Shown here in pieces: positions 1 to 11,726 of a DNA stretch of 64,000 bases. The DNA is from Heterodontus francisci. Taxonomy: Eukaryota. The DNA lies in NCBI RefSeq assembly GCF_036365525.1, contig NC_090417.1, forward strand, positions 3,024,832 through 3,088,831. The letters run 5' to 3'. Below the pieces are notes generated by a model. The model did no database searches. It was not told the origin of the DNA and worked only from the letters and a program-made list of their open reading frames with translations. How positions within the stretch are numbered: position 1 is the stretch's first letter; each line of letters opens with the position of its first letter. The position numbers were made by a program, and so were the translations under genes.

Positions 1-750
1 CAAATAACATTCATGCCATACAAGTGCCAGTGAGAGTATAATCACCTCCTCTTGATATTCAAAAGCATTACTAATACTGAATCCCCCCCCTTCACATTCT
101 GTGGGGTTACCATGGACCAGAAACTTAGATACACCAGCCACATAAATACTGTGGGTATCTGCAGGTCAGAGGCTTGGAATTCTGCAGTGAGTAACTCACC
201 TCCTGACTCCCCAAAGCCTGTCCACCATCTACAAGGTACAAGTCAGGAGTGTGATGGAATACTCTCCACTTGCCTGGATGAGTGCAGCTCCAACAACACT
301 CAGGAAGCTCAACACCATCCAGGACAAAGCAGCCCGCTTGTTTGGCACCCCATCCACCACCTTCAACATTCACTCCTTCCACCACCGACGCAGTGGCAGC
401 AGTGTGTACCATCTACAAGATGCACTGCAGCAATTTGCCAAGACTCCATCAACAGTACCCTCTAAATCCGCCACCACTACCACTTAGAAGAACAAGGGCA
501 GCAGACATTTGGGAACACCAGGACCTGCAGGTTCCTCTCCAAGTCACACACCATCCTGACTTGGAACTATATCACTGTCACTGGGTCAAAATCCTGGAAC
601 TCCCTCCCTAACAGCAACGTGGGTGTACCTACCCCACACGGATTGCAGTGGTTCAAGAAGATGGCTCACCACCACCATCTCGAGGACTATTAAGAATGGG
701 CCATAAATCTGGCTTTGCCAGCGATGTCCACATTGCATGAACAAATAAAA
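1..750 (+). mobile_element. 3' fragment of a shark CR1/L2-group non-LTR retrotransposon
   Basis: Degenerate RT C-terminus (MEYSPLAWMSAAPTTLRKLNTIQDKAARL) plus 3' UTR; same family at 16795-17640 (+) and 51035-51812 (-). Confidence 0.8.
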
Positions 751-829
751 AGCCAAATTATATTTCAACAGTTTAAAAGTAACTTTCATCCCATCCTGTA
801 TAAAAATGTATTGCTACAGTGCATTTGAT

Positions 830-1235
830 AACTCAGTACTGTCCCTGAGAGGGCAGCACCTTCAGTACAGCCCCTCCAACAGTGCTGCACTCCCTCAGTA
901 CTGTCCCTCCATGAGAGCAGCACTCCCTCAGTACTGACCCTCCAATGGAGCAGCACCCCCTCAGTACTGACCCCTCCAACAGAGCAGCACACCCACAGTA
1001 ACGACCTTCCCACAGTGCAGCACACCCTCAGTACCGTCCCTCCAACAGAGCAGCACTCCCTCAGTAATGTCCCGCCAACAGAGCAGCACACCCTCACTAC
1101 TAACCCTCTGACACAACAGCACTCCTTCAGTATTGCACTGGAAGTGTTAGCCTGGATTTTGTGCCCATGTCTCAGGAGTGGGATCGAATCCACAACCTTC
1201 TGTTTCTGAGATGAATGCGCTACCGAGCCAGGGCG
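830..1235 (-). mobile_element. Deu-domain (SacSINE1-like) SINE with expanded ~33-bp internal tandem repeat
   Basis: About 9 degenerate copies of ctccctcagtactgaccctccaacagagcagca (840-1140), followed by a tRNA-like head on the minus strand; matches the SINE at 12341-12760. Confidence 0.65.
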
Positions 1236-1302
1236 GACACCTCCAAAGCTTAAGCCTTTGGCTGAGCAGTGCCACACAGTTTGGTGATATCAGGGAACTT
1301 AC

Positions 1303-1505
1303 GTTATATACTTGTTGTAGAGAACGAATGCACTTTCCAGGTTGCCTTCATCCACATAAACTGAGGCCATTCGTATCATTTCGACTCCAGAACGGAAGTA
1401 CCTCCGTGGAGGGACATCATCATTTACGTCCACAGAACTTCCCTTCTTGGTGAGAGCCCGCACACGATCCTCAGGAGACAAGCTCACATCATGGTGTTCC
1501 GGCAT
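1303..1505 (-). CDS. STAMBP: STAM-binding protein (AMSH deubiquitinase), first coding exon; rest of gene lies left of the window
   Basis: [68 protein letters not shown] matches the AMSH N-terminus (MIT region). Donor AC|GTAAGT at 1302, acceptor AG at 1521-1522. Neighbouring DUSP11 favours STAMBP over STAMBPL1. Confidence 0.9.
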
Positions 1506-1739
1506 CGCACGCAGCCCGCTCTACCCAAGGGAAAGGATTGCTCAGTTTCACATCACATCACATCATAACACAACGACAACTAGTTCACAATTAGACCTCA
1601 GTCCAATGACCTAGGAAAGGCACTCAGTGTTACTACTCTCTGACTGACTGATGTTAGAGGCAGAGGGATTGGTCTGCCATTCCTGGGGAAATTAGCCAGG
1701 GCTTCTGATCCTGGGACTCTCAATGGCCCCTTATCCCAG

Positions 1740-3110
1740 GCTCAGCTGTTCTACACAATATCTCCTCACAGGATAATCCCTTCATTCCAGGAATCAGTCT
1801 TGTGAACCTTTGTTGCACTCCCTCCCGAGGAAGCTTGTCCTTCCTTAGGTAAGGAAACCAAAACACCGTACTCCAGGTGTGGTCTCAATAATGCCCTATA
1901 TAATTGCAATAAGACTTTAATTTTTATTCTCCAACCCCATTGTAATAAAGGTGAACCTAACATTTGCTTTCCTAATTGCTTGCTGCACATTAATTTTCTG
2001 CAAGTCATACAAACAAAAATCCATGTTGATTCTGCCTAATCATATGATCTTCCATGTGCCCTTATACCACATGCTTAATAATAGCATTTTCCCTCCCTCC
2101 TGATGTTCGGCTACCTGGCCTCTCATTCCGTTTTCTCCATCCCTCCTTTCTCGGATAGTGGAGTTACGTTTGTGACCTTCCAATCCACAGAGACGATTCT
2201 AGAATCTAGGGAATTCTGGAAGATCACAAGTTTCTCTCTACATTACCAGTTCTCGATAGCTGTAATCTCTCCATTCTGGTATTATCCTTTCAAATCTTTT
2301 TCTGCACTTTGTCTAGTGCTTCTATATCTCCTTTATTATACAGAGACCAGATCTGTGCACAGTACTCCAAGGCAGCCTGACCAGGGCCCTATACAAGTTT
2401 AGCATAACTTGACTATTATTGACATTCTATATACCTAGAATTTTGTTTGCATTTTTAACAGCTTTGCTGACCTGTGATGCTGCTTTTAATGATTTAGTTA
2501 CCTGTCTCCTTAGATCTCTTTGCTCTTCTACCCCATTGAGCTTCTTAATGTGTAAGGTGCAGGTGATGGCTGTTTTTCCAACCAAAGTGCATCACCTCGC
2601 ATTTATCTGTGTTAAAACTTATTTTTCCACCAAATGCCCCCAGTCTGCAAGTTTTTAAATGTCTTATGTTATGTTGCATTCTTCCTCAGTGTTAGCTATG
2701 ACCCTAGTTTGGTATCCTCTGCAAATTTTGATACTGAATTACTTATTCCCAAGTCCAAATCATTAGAGAACAGTGGCCCCAGCATGATCTTCGTGGAACA
2801 CTGTTTTGTACCTTCCTCTAATCTTCATAACTACCCTTTCTTTCTGCTTTCTATGTTATAGAATGGTTACAACATGGAAGGAGGCCATTCAGCCTGTCAC
2901 TTTCTTGCCAACGCTCTTCAAGATCTCAGTTGTTCCCACTCCCCTGCTCCTTTCCTGTACCCAATTTACTATCCATTTGGCTATTGATCCTGACTCCACG
3001 CGCAATAGCTTTTGTCATGAGCCTATTGTGTGGTACCTTATCAAAGGCTTTTTGAAAATCCAAATACATGACATCCGCTGCATTTCCTTTGTCTACGATT
3101 ACCATGCTGG
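1740..3110 (-). mobile_element. Old degenerate CR1 LINE fragments
   Basis: LLQLYRALLRPHLEY and DVMYLDFQKAFDKVPH motifs on the minus strand. Confidence 0.7.
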
Positions 3111-3479
3111 CTGCCTCTAATCTGCTTGAATTTCTCCAAGTGTTCAGCCACTGTATCCTTAATGATAGATTAAAGGGAGAGGGATTCTTAGACTGCACCC
3201 AGCAATGTTAAGCCACGTGCAGCATGTCCAACAAGGGGCCTGGTTGCAGGTAAGTAAAATGCCTGCTGATAGGAAAGCCCTGGAGAAAGAGTGATCATAA
3301 CTTAGTTAGGATCACACCCAAAACATGAGGGTGGGAGCAGCAAGTGACAGATCGAAGAGACTGCCTGCCCCAGGAAATCACTGAATGGCAGGAGGGGGAG
3401 TGAGGGGCAGGAGGGCAAATCCCTCAAATTATGGAAGGAGGGACCTTGGGACGGGGAGGAGGGCCTTGAGAAGAGGGGG

Positions 3480-3890
3480 GGGGGGAGGGGTCCGGCAGGT
3501 TGTGGGGAGGGGCCTGGGTGACGTGGTGGGGGGGGAAAGGGGTCGGTCCGCGGCGAGAATCAGGGAGGCGGCGCCGGCTGGGCCTGTTCCGGGCCGGGTT
3601 CCGATCCCTATCCCGCCACCCGACCCCCGGTGGATAAGACTAACTCCCCTCCAAGCCGGTATCAGTGCCTTCAGCCGCGGGGTGAACATAAAAATAACCC
3701 CCGGGAGGCCGCGCTCCCTCACTCACCCGTCCAGCACCGCCGATCCGGTTCTCGCTTCCCGGTCAGCGGAGGCGGGATTGGAAACAACGAACAGGCCGCA
3801 GCCCCGCCCCTTTGCGCTGCTTCACCGGAAACCCCGGGGCCGGTAAAACAAAACCTCGCTTACCGACCAATCAGAGCGCGAGGGGAGCCA
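3480..3890 (-). promoter_or_regulatory. STAMBP CpG-island promoter and non-coding exon 1
   Basis: CpG-dense. Minus-strand donor GG|GTGAGT at 3726, GC box ccccgcccc ~3802, CCAAT box gaccaatcag ~3865, ETS-like ccggaa ~3826. Confidence 0.7.
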
Positions 3891-4084
3891 GCTGTCAATC
3901 ACTGACACAGGTCGGCAAACTCCGCCCAGCTGTCAATCACTGACACAGGTCGGCAAACTCCGCCCAGCTGTCAATCACTGACACAGGTCGGCAAACTCCG
4001 CCCAGCTGTCAATCACTGACACAGGTCGGCAAACTCCGCCCAGCTGTCAATCACTGCCCGCAGCTGGCAAGCCCCGCCCAGCTG
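3888..4084. repeat. 38-bp tandem repeat, ~5 copies, upstream of STAMBP
   Basis: Unit ccagctgtcaatcactgacacaggtcggcaaactccgc; ctgtcaatca at 3892, 3930, 3968, 4006, 4044. Confidence 0.95.
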
Positions 4085-4714
4085 CCCAGGATTCCATTTG
4101 GCCCACCCTGCCCGTGCCGGCTCTTTGAAAGAGCTTTCCAACTAGTTTCAGTCTCCTACTCTTTCCCCAAAGCCCTGTAAATGTTTTCCTTCAAATATCC
4201 TTAATAAAGTCCAATCTGCTTTAAGCAGTGGATTCCAAATCACAACAATTCACTATTTAAAAAGTGTTTCATGTCTCCCTCAGTTCTTTTGCCAGTCACC
4301 TTAAATCTGTGTCCTCCAGTTACTGACTCTTGCCACTGAAAACAGTTTCTTATTTTATCTATAAAACCATTTATGATTTTGAACAACTCCACTAAAATCT
4401 ATTCTCAACCTTCCCCAGCTTCTCCACATTGCTTAAGGCCTTCATCCTGATACCATTCTAATGAATCTCTTCTGTACCCTCTTCAGTGTGTTGACATCCT
4501 TCCTAAACTGTGGTGCGCACAATTGGCTCTATGAAGCCTAACCAGTACTTGCTAAAGGTTTAACATAACTTCCTTGCTTTTGTACTCTATGCCTCGATTT
4601 TTAAAGCAATTTCATTCTTTACCCCTGGTTCAAACTACAATCCGTAAGCCATCTCGCTCAACTGCGTACCTCATTTTGGGCTATTTACCTCCTATCCCTC
4701 TGGCAACCTGCAAG

Positions 4715-5840
4715 ATTTAGCATGTAAAATTAAAGCGCATGGGATTGGGGGTAGTGTATTGCGATGGATAGAAAATTGGTTGGCGGACAGGAAACAAAGA
4801 GTAGGGATAAATGGGTCTTTTTCCGAATGGCAGGCAGTGACTAGTGGGGTATCGCAGGGATCGGTGCTCGGGCCCCAGCTATTCACAATATACATGAATG
4901 ATTTAGATGAGAGAACTAAATGTAATATCTCCAAATTTGCAGATGACACAAAACTGGGTGGGAGGGTGAGTTGTGAGGAGGATGCAGAGGGGCTTCAGGG
5001 TGATTTGGACAAGTTGAGTGAGTGGGCAAATGCATGGCAGATGCAGTATAATGTGGATAAATGTGAGGTTATCCACTTTGGTAGCAAAAACAGGAAGGCA
5101 GATTATCCGAACGGCTATAAACTGAGAGGGGAATATACAACGAGACCTGGGTGTTCTCGTACACCAGTCGCTGAAGGTAAGCATGCAGGTGCAACAGGTG
5201 GTAAAAAAGGCAAATGGTATGTTGGCCTTCATCGCGAGAGGATTCGAGTACAGAAGCAGGGATGTCTTGCTGCAATTATACAGGGCCTTGGTGAGGCTAC
5301 ACCTGGAATATTGTGTGCAGTTTTGGTCTCCTTATCTGAGGAAGGATGTTCTTGCTATAGAGGGAGTGCAGCGAAGGTTTACCAGACTGATTCCTGGGAT
5401 GGCGGGACTGACTTGTGAGGAGAGATTGAGTCGGTTAGGATTATATTCGCTGGAGTTCAGAAGAGCGTGGGACGATCTCATAGAAACCTATAAAATTCTA
5501 ACAGGACTTGACAGGGTAGATGCATGAAGGATGTTCCTGCTGGTGGAGGAGTCTAGAACCAGGGTCATAGTCTAAGGATACAGGGTAAACCTTTCAGGAC
5601 TGAGATGGGGAGAAATTTCTTCACCCAGAGAGTGGTGAGCCTGCAGAATTCGCTACCAGTTGAGGCCAAAACATTGTATGTTTTCAAAAATGAATTAAAT
5701 ATAGCTCTTGGGTCTAAAGGGATCAAAGGGTCTGGGGAGAAAGCAGGAACACGCTACCGAGTTGGCTGATCAACCATGATCATTATGAAGGCAGAGAAGG
5801 CTCGAAGGGCCTACTCCTACTCCTGCTCCTATTTTCTATG
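4715..5840 (+). mobile_element. 5'-truncated CR1 LINE (RT to 3' UTR)
   Basis: SGVSQGSVLGPQLFTIYMNDL, SKFADDTKL and LYRALVRLHLEYCVQFWSPY motifs; frameshifted; ttctat tail. Confidence 0.9.
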
Positions 5841-7459
5841 TTTCTATATGTTTCTATTCTGTGACTTGCTTAAGCAAAGCATCCCATTCCCCACAGCACG
5901 CCCAAAGCAGCATCAATGAAAAATTCCTAATGTTCAATCCCAGGATCAGAAAACTGCAGCCGGCGGACAGGGAAACTCATTTATTTTTGAATTAAGTTTG
6001 TGCACAGTGCAGCTTGTGAAGATAAAACAATCCTAAAAATTAAAACATTTATTCTTTTTGATCCAGACAACTTATGTTTAAAAACAAACAAAAAAGATCT
6101 TGAGCTTTGTCTTATTCGAATGTGAATGTTGAGAGTTTAGGGAGAAGCTGGTAAAAGAAAGAGGCCACATTTGCGATACAGTTTTAGTGTGAGAAGCAGC
6201 CACTGGAGAATAAAGATGTCCCTTCCTCACTAGGCTGAGTCTCACTCAGGCACTGGCCATCATCCAGCTCCAAGTGAGCATCAGCAGGGTATTCCACTGC
6301 ATGGGCAGCACAGCTAAGCCTGACCTCTGCTCTCATCTGACCTCCGCAGTTGGGAGCAAGGCACGCTGATCAGGAAAAGGGACCCTCCACCCCCCTCCCT
6401 CCCCTGAGCGATTTCCCCCTCTCTGGCCCACATCCAACCCACAACCAGCTGAGATCAGTGGATTTGACAAAGACTGAAGATCAAAGCTGGGGGCATCACT
6501 AGGATCAGGTCAGAACACTACACCCTGACAGAATGCAATGAGAATTAAATAATTTAAAAGCAGTATTAAAGATTTCCTTTGGTACAATGCTCTCTCACTG
6601 CTCATTGAAACTTGACTGGTTAGATTATATATCAACCCAAAAGCAGAAACTATTCCTTGTATTGAAAGAGAAAATAATGTGAATTATTTCTCAGTGACCA
6701 CCAGTTAGAGCCAAGGAAATGAAAGAAATGTCCATCACTTTGAATCAGTGCTACAGAGACAGGGATGGATGGGATCCAGGAGATCTCTACCCCCTGCTCT
6801 TGCCCATTCGTACCCCACTAATGCCTGGTTACAGGCACTAGGGAACAAACATTGGGCAAGAATGGGGCAGCACCCTGAGTGTTCCTGTGGCAGGGAGCAC
6901 TCGACACACTGCTCCCAGTTTTAAGTGTAAAGACCAGTGAGACATTTAACAGAATGTAAAGTCAGCTCGGTTAACTCAACAATGAAAATGGAAGGACCGT
7001 AGGATAAAACTCTCTTTCAATAATTATACTGAGTCTGCGGTCAGTGTTGGCATTGGGATTTCAGCAATGTAATGCTGGCTGGCCAAAGATTTCAGACTGT
7101 GTCCCTGTGGCCAGCGTGGGTACAATTCTAGACATTGTGCTTCCAGACTTGGGGATATATGAGGTGAGAATTTGAGTTGGTTAAGACTGGGGACAGGGCT
7201 TTCAGTGGGGTGTGGCAGTAAAGATTCACAACATTAAACTGGATGAAATGAGAATTCTTTCCCATCGTACTCAATACCAATAGACTAAACAAACCCAGTG
7301 ACGCCCTGATCGAGAACCTGCTACCTGCACTAGTTCCCAGTCACCCACTCAGTTTCACATTGAACATTATTTTGGACTGAATCGGCCTTTATAAAACAGC
7401 AATGCTAAACGTGTTTACACATCAGCAAATAAAATAAGAAAATATTGTCTATTTTCACT

Positions 7460-8069
7460 TCAATTGTCCCATCGCAGATGTGTATTAAATCTGTCCCGGC
7501 CTCCAGAATTTAGCTTCCCCCCTCTGTTACTCCTTCCACCGCATGACAGCTGATAATTCTGCCAAGGGGACTCGGGCTGACTGCTCCACCGTGAGGACTC
7601 GGGCTGACTGCTCCACCGTGAGGACTCGGGCTGACTGCTCCACCGTGAGGACTCGGGCTGACTGCTCCACCGTGAGGACTCGGGCTGACTGCTCCACCGT
7701 GAGGACTCGGGCTGACTGCTCCACCGTGAGGACTCGGGCTGACTGCTCCACCGTGAGGACTCGGGCTGACTGCTCCACCGTGAGGACTCGGGCTGACTGC
7801 TCCACCGTGAGGACTCGGGCTGACTGCTCCACCGTGAGGACTCGGGCTGACTGCTCCTCCAGGATGATCCCTGTCTTCCATAATCCAGGTTGGAATATGC
7901 CTCCGTATGACCATTGTGCAGCACAGTTTGATGCACAGCACCAGACCCAAACCTTTGTCTCCCGGGATGCTGCACAGGCTGGTAGGGATAAGTAGACTGT
8001 TTAGGTGGGCAGGTGGATTGGCTGAACTCACGAAAGCCATTAGGTGTGCGACATTTTCCCTGGTACGGT
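7460..8069 (-). CDS. DUSP11: DUSP11 last coding exon (exon 9), low-complexity C-terminus with (SSRWSSQPE)n repeat
   Basis: Acceptor ttctcttacag at 8070-8080. Phase matches exon 8 (AG|A CCG TAC CAG GGA...). Open for 203 codons to TGA at 7460-7462. Minus-strand AATAAA downstream at ~6048 and ~5979. Confidence 0.75.
7569..7862. repeat. 27-bp coding minisatellite, 11 copies
   Basis: gactcgggctgactgctccaccgtgag starts at 7569 and repeats every 27 bp to 7839. Confidence 0.97.
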
Positions 8070-10849
8070 CTGTAAGAGAACAGTCAATGCATCAGTTACA
8101 GGTTTACAAATCTAGATCTATCCCTGAACTTCATATTCTCAGCAGAATACTGCACAACCTGTATCTTGACATGACATTAAAGGCAGCACAGAAAAAAACC
8201 AGTGTCACTCCATTTTACACCTCCCAACTAACTGCACAAAGCCAAGGGCAGTCACTGTTATTATATAGACAAATATTCTGTACCAGAAAGATCCAAAAAC
8301 CACACAGATTTAAATAACTACTTCATCTGTGTTAAGTGTTGGTTGAGGAATAAATATTGGCCAGGACACCAGGGAGAACTTCCATGCTCTTCTTGCAATA
8401 GTGTTTTGACAGTGCAGCGCTCCCTCTGTACCGTCCCTCCAACAGTGCAGCACTGACATGTCAGTCCAGATTATGAGCTCAAATTCTATAGTGAATATTC
8501 ACCTCATTGCTCGCCACTGTACCAAGTTTGTTCATGAATCAAGTATGGGGCTCCCTTTCCCCCGAAGATTCGGCCCCACCCAGGTTAGCACTCCTTGGCT
8601 TTGAACATTTGGCAGCTGAGATCTGTTAGCTTATTGAATCACAGCTGTGGCTGACTCTGGCGTCATCCACAATTCAGTGATCAGCACCTTCCAGTCAGCA
8701 GTCGCTGGAATACTGTAGCACTCACTGCCATCAGCAAGTTTAACACAGACTGGGGATCAAACATGGAATGGCTTGGTCTCTGTGGCACAGTTACTGGCTG
8801 CCTTAACCAGCTGAGCCACCAGGAGAGCTGCACAACACCAGATAACTAAAAACATCTGCTTTAATTGGGGCGGCTGTGGGATTGGTTCTGGAACAGAATA
8901 TCTGGGAGTCGAAGGGAATAAAGTGTAATTACACAACTGAAGCAACAATCCTTCCTCACAACTAAGGAACATAACGTACTAAAGCTACAATGAACAGATG
9001 GATACACAGGAGGCTGTTGCATCCCTGTGAGAGGTTACGCACTCTATCTCAGATCTAACTTGCTCCCCGCAGCTGGCACAATCACTCCTGGGCACACAAA
9101 CACTACACAATAGGAGGCACATGGGACAAAGACAGACAGCTGAGGGAGCCCAGACAGCGTGCCAGTCACACCACAGAGTGAAAGCTGCAGCCAAAGAGAG
9201 AAACTTGGCACCCAGTACCATTGTGCAGCTGAACGACTGTCAAACCAGCCACTCAAGTCAAACTAAACTGGATCACAAATGTACCTCATTTACCCGAATG
9301 GTCCCAGTGCACTTTATTCAACACACTGGAGTAAAACTACAGAAAATTACATTGTACAATGAAGTTACAACACAGATACAGGCCATTCGGCCCAGCCAGT
9401 CCATACTGGTGTAATTCTGCCACACGCGCGGTGTCCCCATTTTCCTTCAACCATTTCTCTATCCTATTCTTAGACGTGGTCTCTGCTTCAATCACTAATG
9501 CATTCCATAGTCTTGCAACTCTGTGCAAAAAGATTTCCTCCTCCTCTCTGTCCTAAACCTCATACATTGAATCTTATATCAGCGTCCCTTCATTCTGGAC
9601 CCCTTGACCACAGGGAACTGTTTCCATCCCTCCCTTCATCACCCTGTTAAATCTCCCCTTTTCTAACAAAGGCTGCCCCAATTGGTTGAGTCTTGCATGA
9701 TATTTTGTACTTCCTTCTACCGGCAGCATCCCTGTGAACTCTCTCCAACTCTCTCCGGCAGCCATCCATCATCTCGTGAGGTGATGGTTTGCACCTTGGT
9801 TGTCAACTCTGTGTTCAGCAAAACTGAAGTGTCCTCTCCAGGCCATGAGTCTGGGCAAAATTTATGGAGACCCTGCGCTGCTCAAACATCGGTTGGGTCC
9901 AAAGGACTGAAGAGCACGATGTTTGGCACTGGCTTGGTTGCAGAAGTTGTCAGAAAGATGACCTAGCTGGGCCTCAGTCTGCCGCCGCATTTGGGCTCCA
10001 CTCCAGATTTTATTTGTCAGGGTTTACCCCCTTAACCTTCGTCTCTCCCAAAGTATCCAGAAGGCAGCGGAGCTATTCGCCCATGGCTGGGAGTTTGGTT
10101 CATGAGTGCCAGGGTGCGTCCACACCCTGATGGGACAGTGCACTGCATGTCTGGGGGCCAAACCTCCTCCGAGGTCCTTCGAAACTTTAGCCTGAGGCCA
10201 AGTGGAGGCACAGCAGAGGACTTGCTGATGGAGAGGCTGAAACCTTGGCTCTCCTTTTTATACTGCTGCTAGCCAGCCAAGTAGGTTGAACATGAGAATC
10301 ACACTAACACACAAAAAGCCAACTGTAATGTCCTGTACCATTTGCCTTAAATCCCAGTGCTCTACTATTTTTTTTTTTCTTTAAATGGTTGTGTCCAGTT
10401 GAGGTATTGATTTTATGAATCTGCACACAAACCTCTCACACTTGGCGTCTAACACTCCTTCAAACTCCCACAACCCTGGCCCCGCTTGTACTTCACCGCA
10501 GTGTGAGCCCACATTGATCCCACAACACACAGCCCGAGTTTGCACAATCAGGAATAAAGACAGAAAATGCTCAACAGGTCGGGCAGTATCAATGGAGAGA
10601 GAAAAAGGTAGATGATCCTTCATCAGAACTTGGAGTGCTTTGAGATGCAACAGATCTTAAGCAAGGCAGGGCAAGGGAGGGGAAAGGGGAGAAAAGAACA
10701 AAAGGGAAGTCTGCGATGGGGAAAGAGCAGGAGAGGTTAAATGACAAAGGGGATGATAGTGCATAGTAAGTGAGTCCAACAACAAAAAATAAACTCAAAC
10801 AAAATCAGGAATTGGTTCTCAGTCCCACTGGACAGTGTGAGGAGATCAT

Positions 10850-11570
10850 GCAGAATCACAGAATTGTTACAGAAGAGGAGGCCATTCGGCCCATCGTGTC
10901 TGCAGCAGCTCTCCGAATGAGCAATTCACCTAGTGCCACTCCCCTACCTTCTCCCTGTAACCCTGCACATTCTTCTTTTTCAGATAGCAATCTAATTCTC
11001 TTCGGAATGCTTCAGTTGAACCTGCCTCCACCACACTCTCAGGCAGTGTATTCCAGATCAGAACCACTCACTGTGAAAAAGCTTTTCCTCACATAACTTT
11101 TGCTTCTCTTACCAAATACTTTAAATCTGTCACTGACCCGAAACGTTAACTCTGCTTCTCTTTCCACAGATGCTGCCAGACCTGCTGAGTGGTTCCAGCA
11201 TTTCTTGTTTTTATTATTACTTTAAATCTGTGCCCTCTCGTTCTTGATCCTTTCACAAGTGGGAACAGTTTCTCCCTATCTACTCTGTCCAGACCCCTCA
11301 TGATTTTGAATACTTCTATCAAATCATCTCTCGGCCTTCTCTTCTCCAAGGAAAACAGTCTTAACTTCTCCAATCTATCTTCATAACTGAAATTCCTCAT
11401 CCCTGGAACCATTCTCATTAATCTTTTCTGCACTCTCTCCAATACCCTCACATCTTTCCTAAAGTGCGGCGCCCAGAACTGGACGCAATACTCCAGCTGA
11501 GGCCGTACTAGTGTCTTATACAAGTTCAACATAACTTCCTTGCCCTTGTACTCAATGCCCCTATTAATAC
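10850..11570 (-). mobile_element. CR1 LINE 3' fragment containing a nested 87-bp Penelope-like tail
   Basis: LYKTLVRPQLEYCVQFWAPH...RTRGHRFK. Insert 11131-11217 is flanked by duplicated tactttaaatctgt. Confidence 0.85.
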
Positions 11571-11636
11571 ATGACAAGACATCACCTACAAGCAATCAGG
11601 TTAATAAGACTGCACAGATTTCACACTGTTACACAC

Positions 11637-11726
11637 CTGGCTCGCTGCGTGAACACGGCCTGCTGACCAAATTGTTCCTTCTGTCTTGTAACTGAGCAAC
11701 GAGCCGGTACATCAATTCCTTTATTG
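11637..11726 (-). CDS. DUSP11: DUSP11 exon 8
   Basis: ttccgcag|C AAT AAA GGA ATT GAT...GCC AG|gtgtgt; 90 nt; phase-compatible with exons 7 and 9; poorly conserved sequence. Confidence 0.65.

Noticed and set aside
3385-3905. GC-rich ORFs at the CpG islands (also 18273-18902)
   Set aside because: Stop-poor promoter sequence with no recognisable protein similarity
7510-8040. Alternative ORFs over the 27-bp repeat (GGAVSPSPH, VEQSARVLT, RTRADCSTV)
   Set aside because: Only the SSRWSSQPE frame is in phase with DUSP11 exon 8; the others are shadows of a stop-free repeat
9895-10250. Hammerhead or HDV-like ribozyme in the structured element
   Set aside because: CTGAAGA and CTGATGG...GAAAC occur, but I could not build helices I-III with a valid NUH site or the HDV nested pseudoknot
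10030-10270. Extra DUSP11 coding exon
   Set aside because: Weak acceptor, and the in-phase frame stops after about 27 codons; a poison exon cannot be excluded without RNA data
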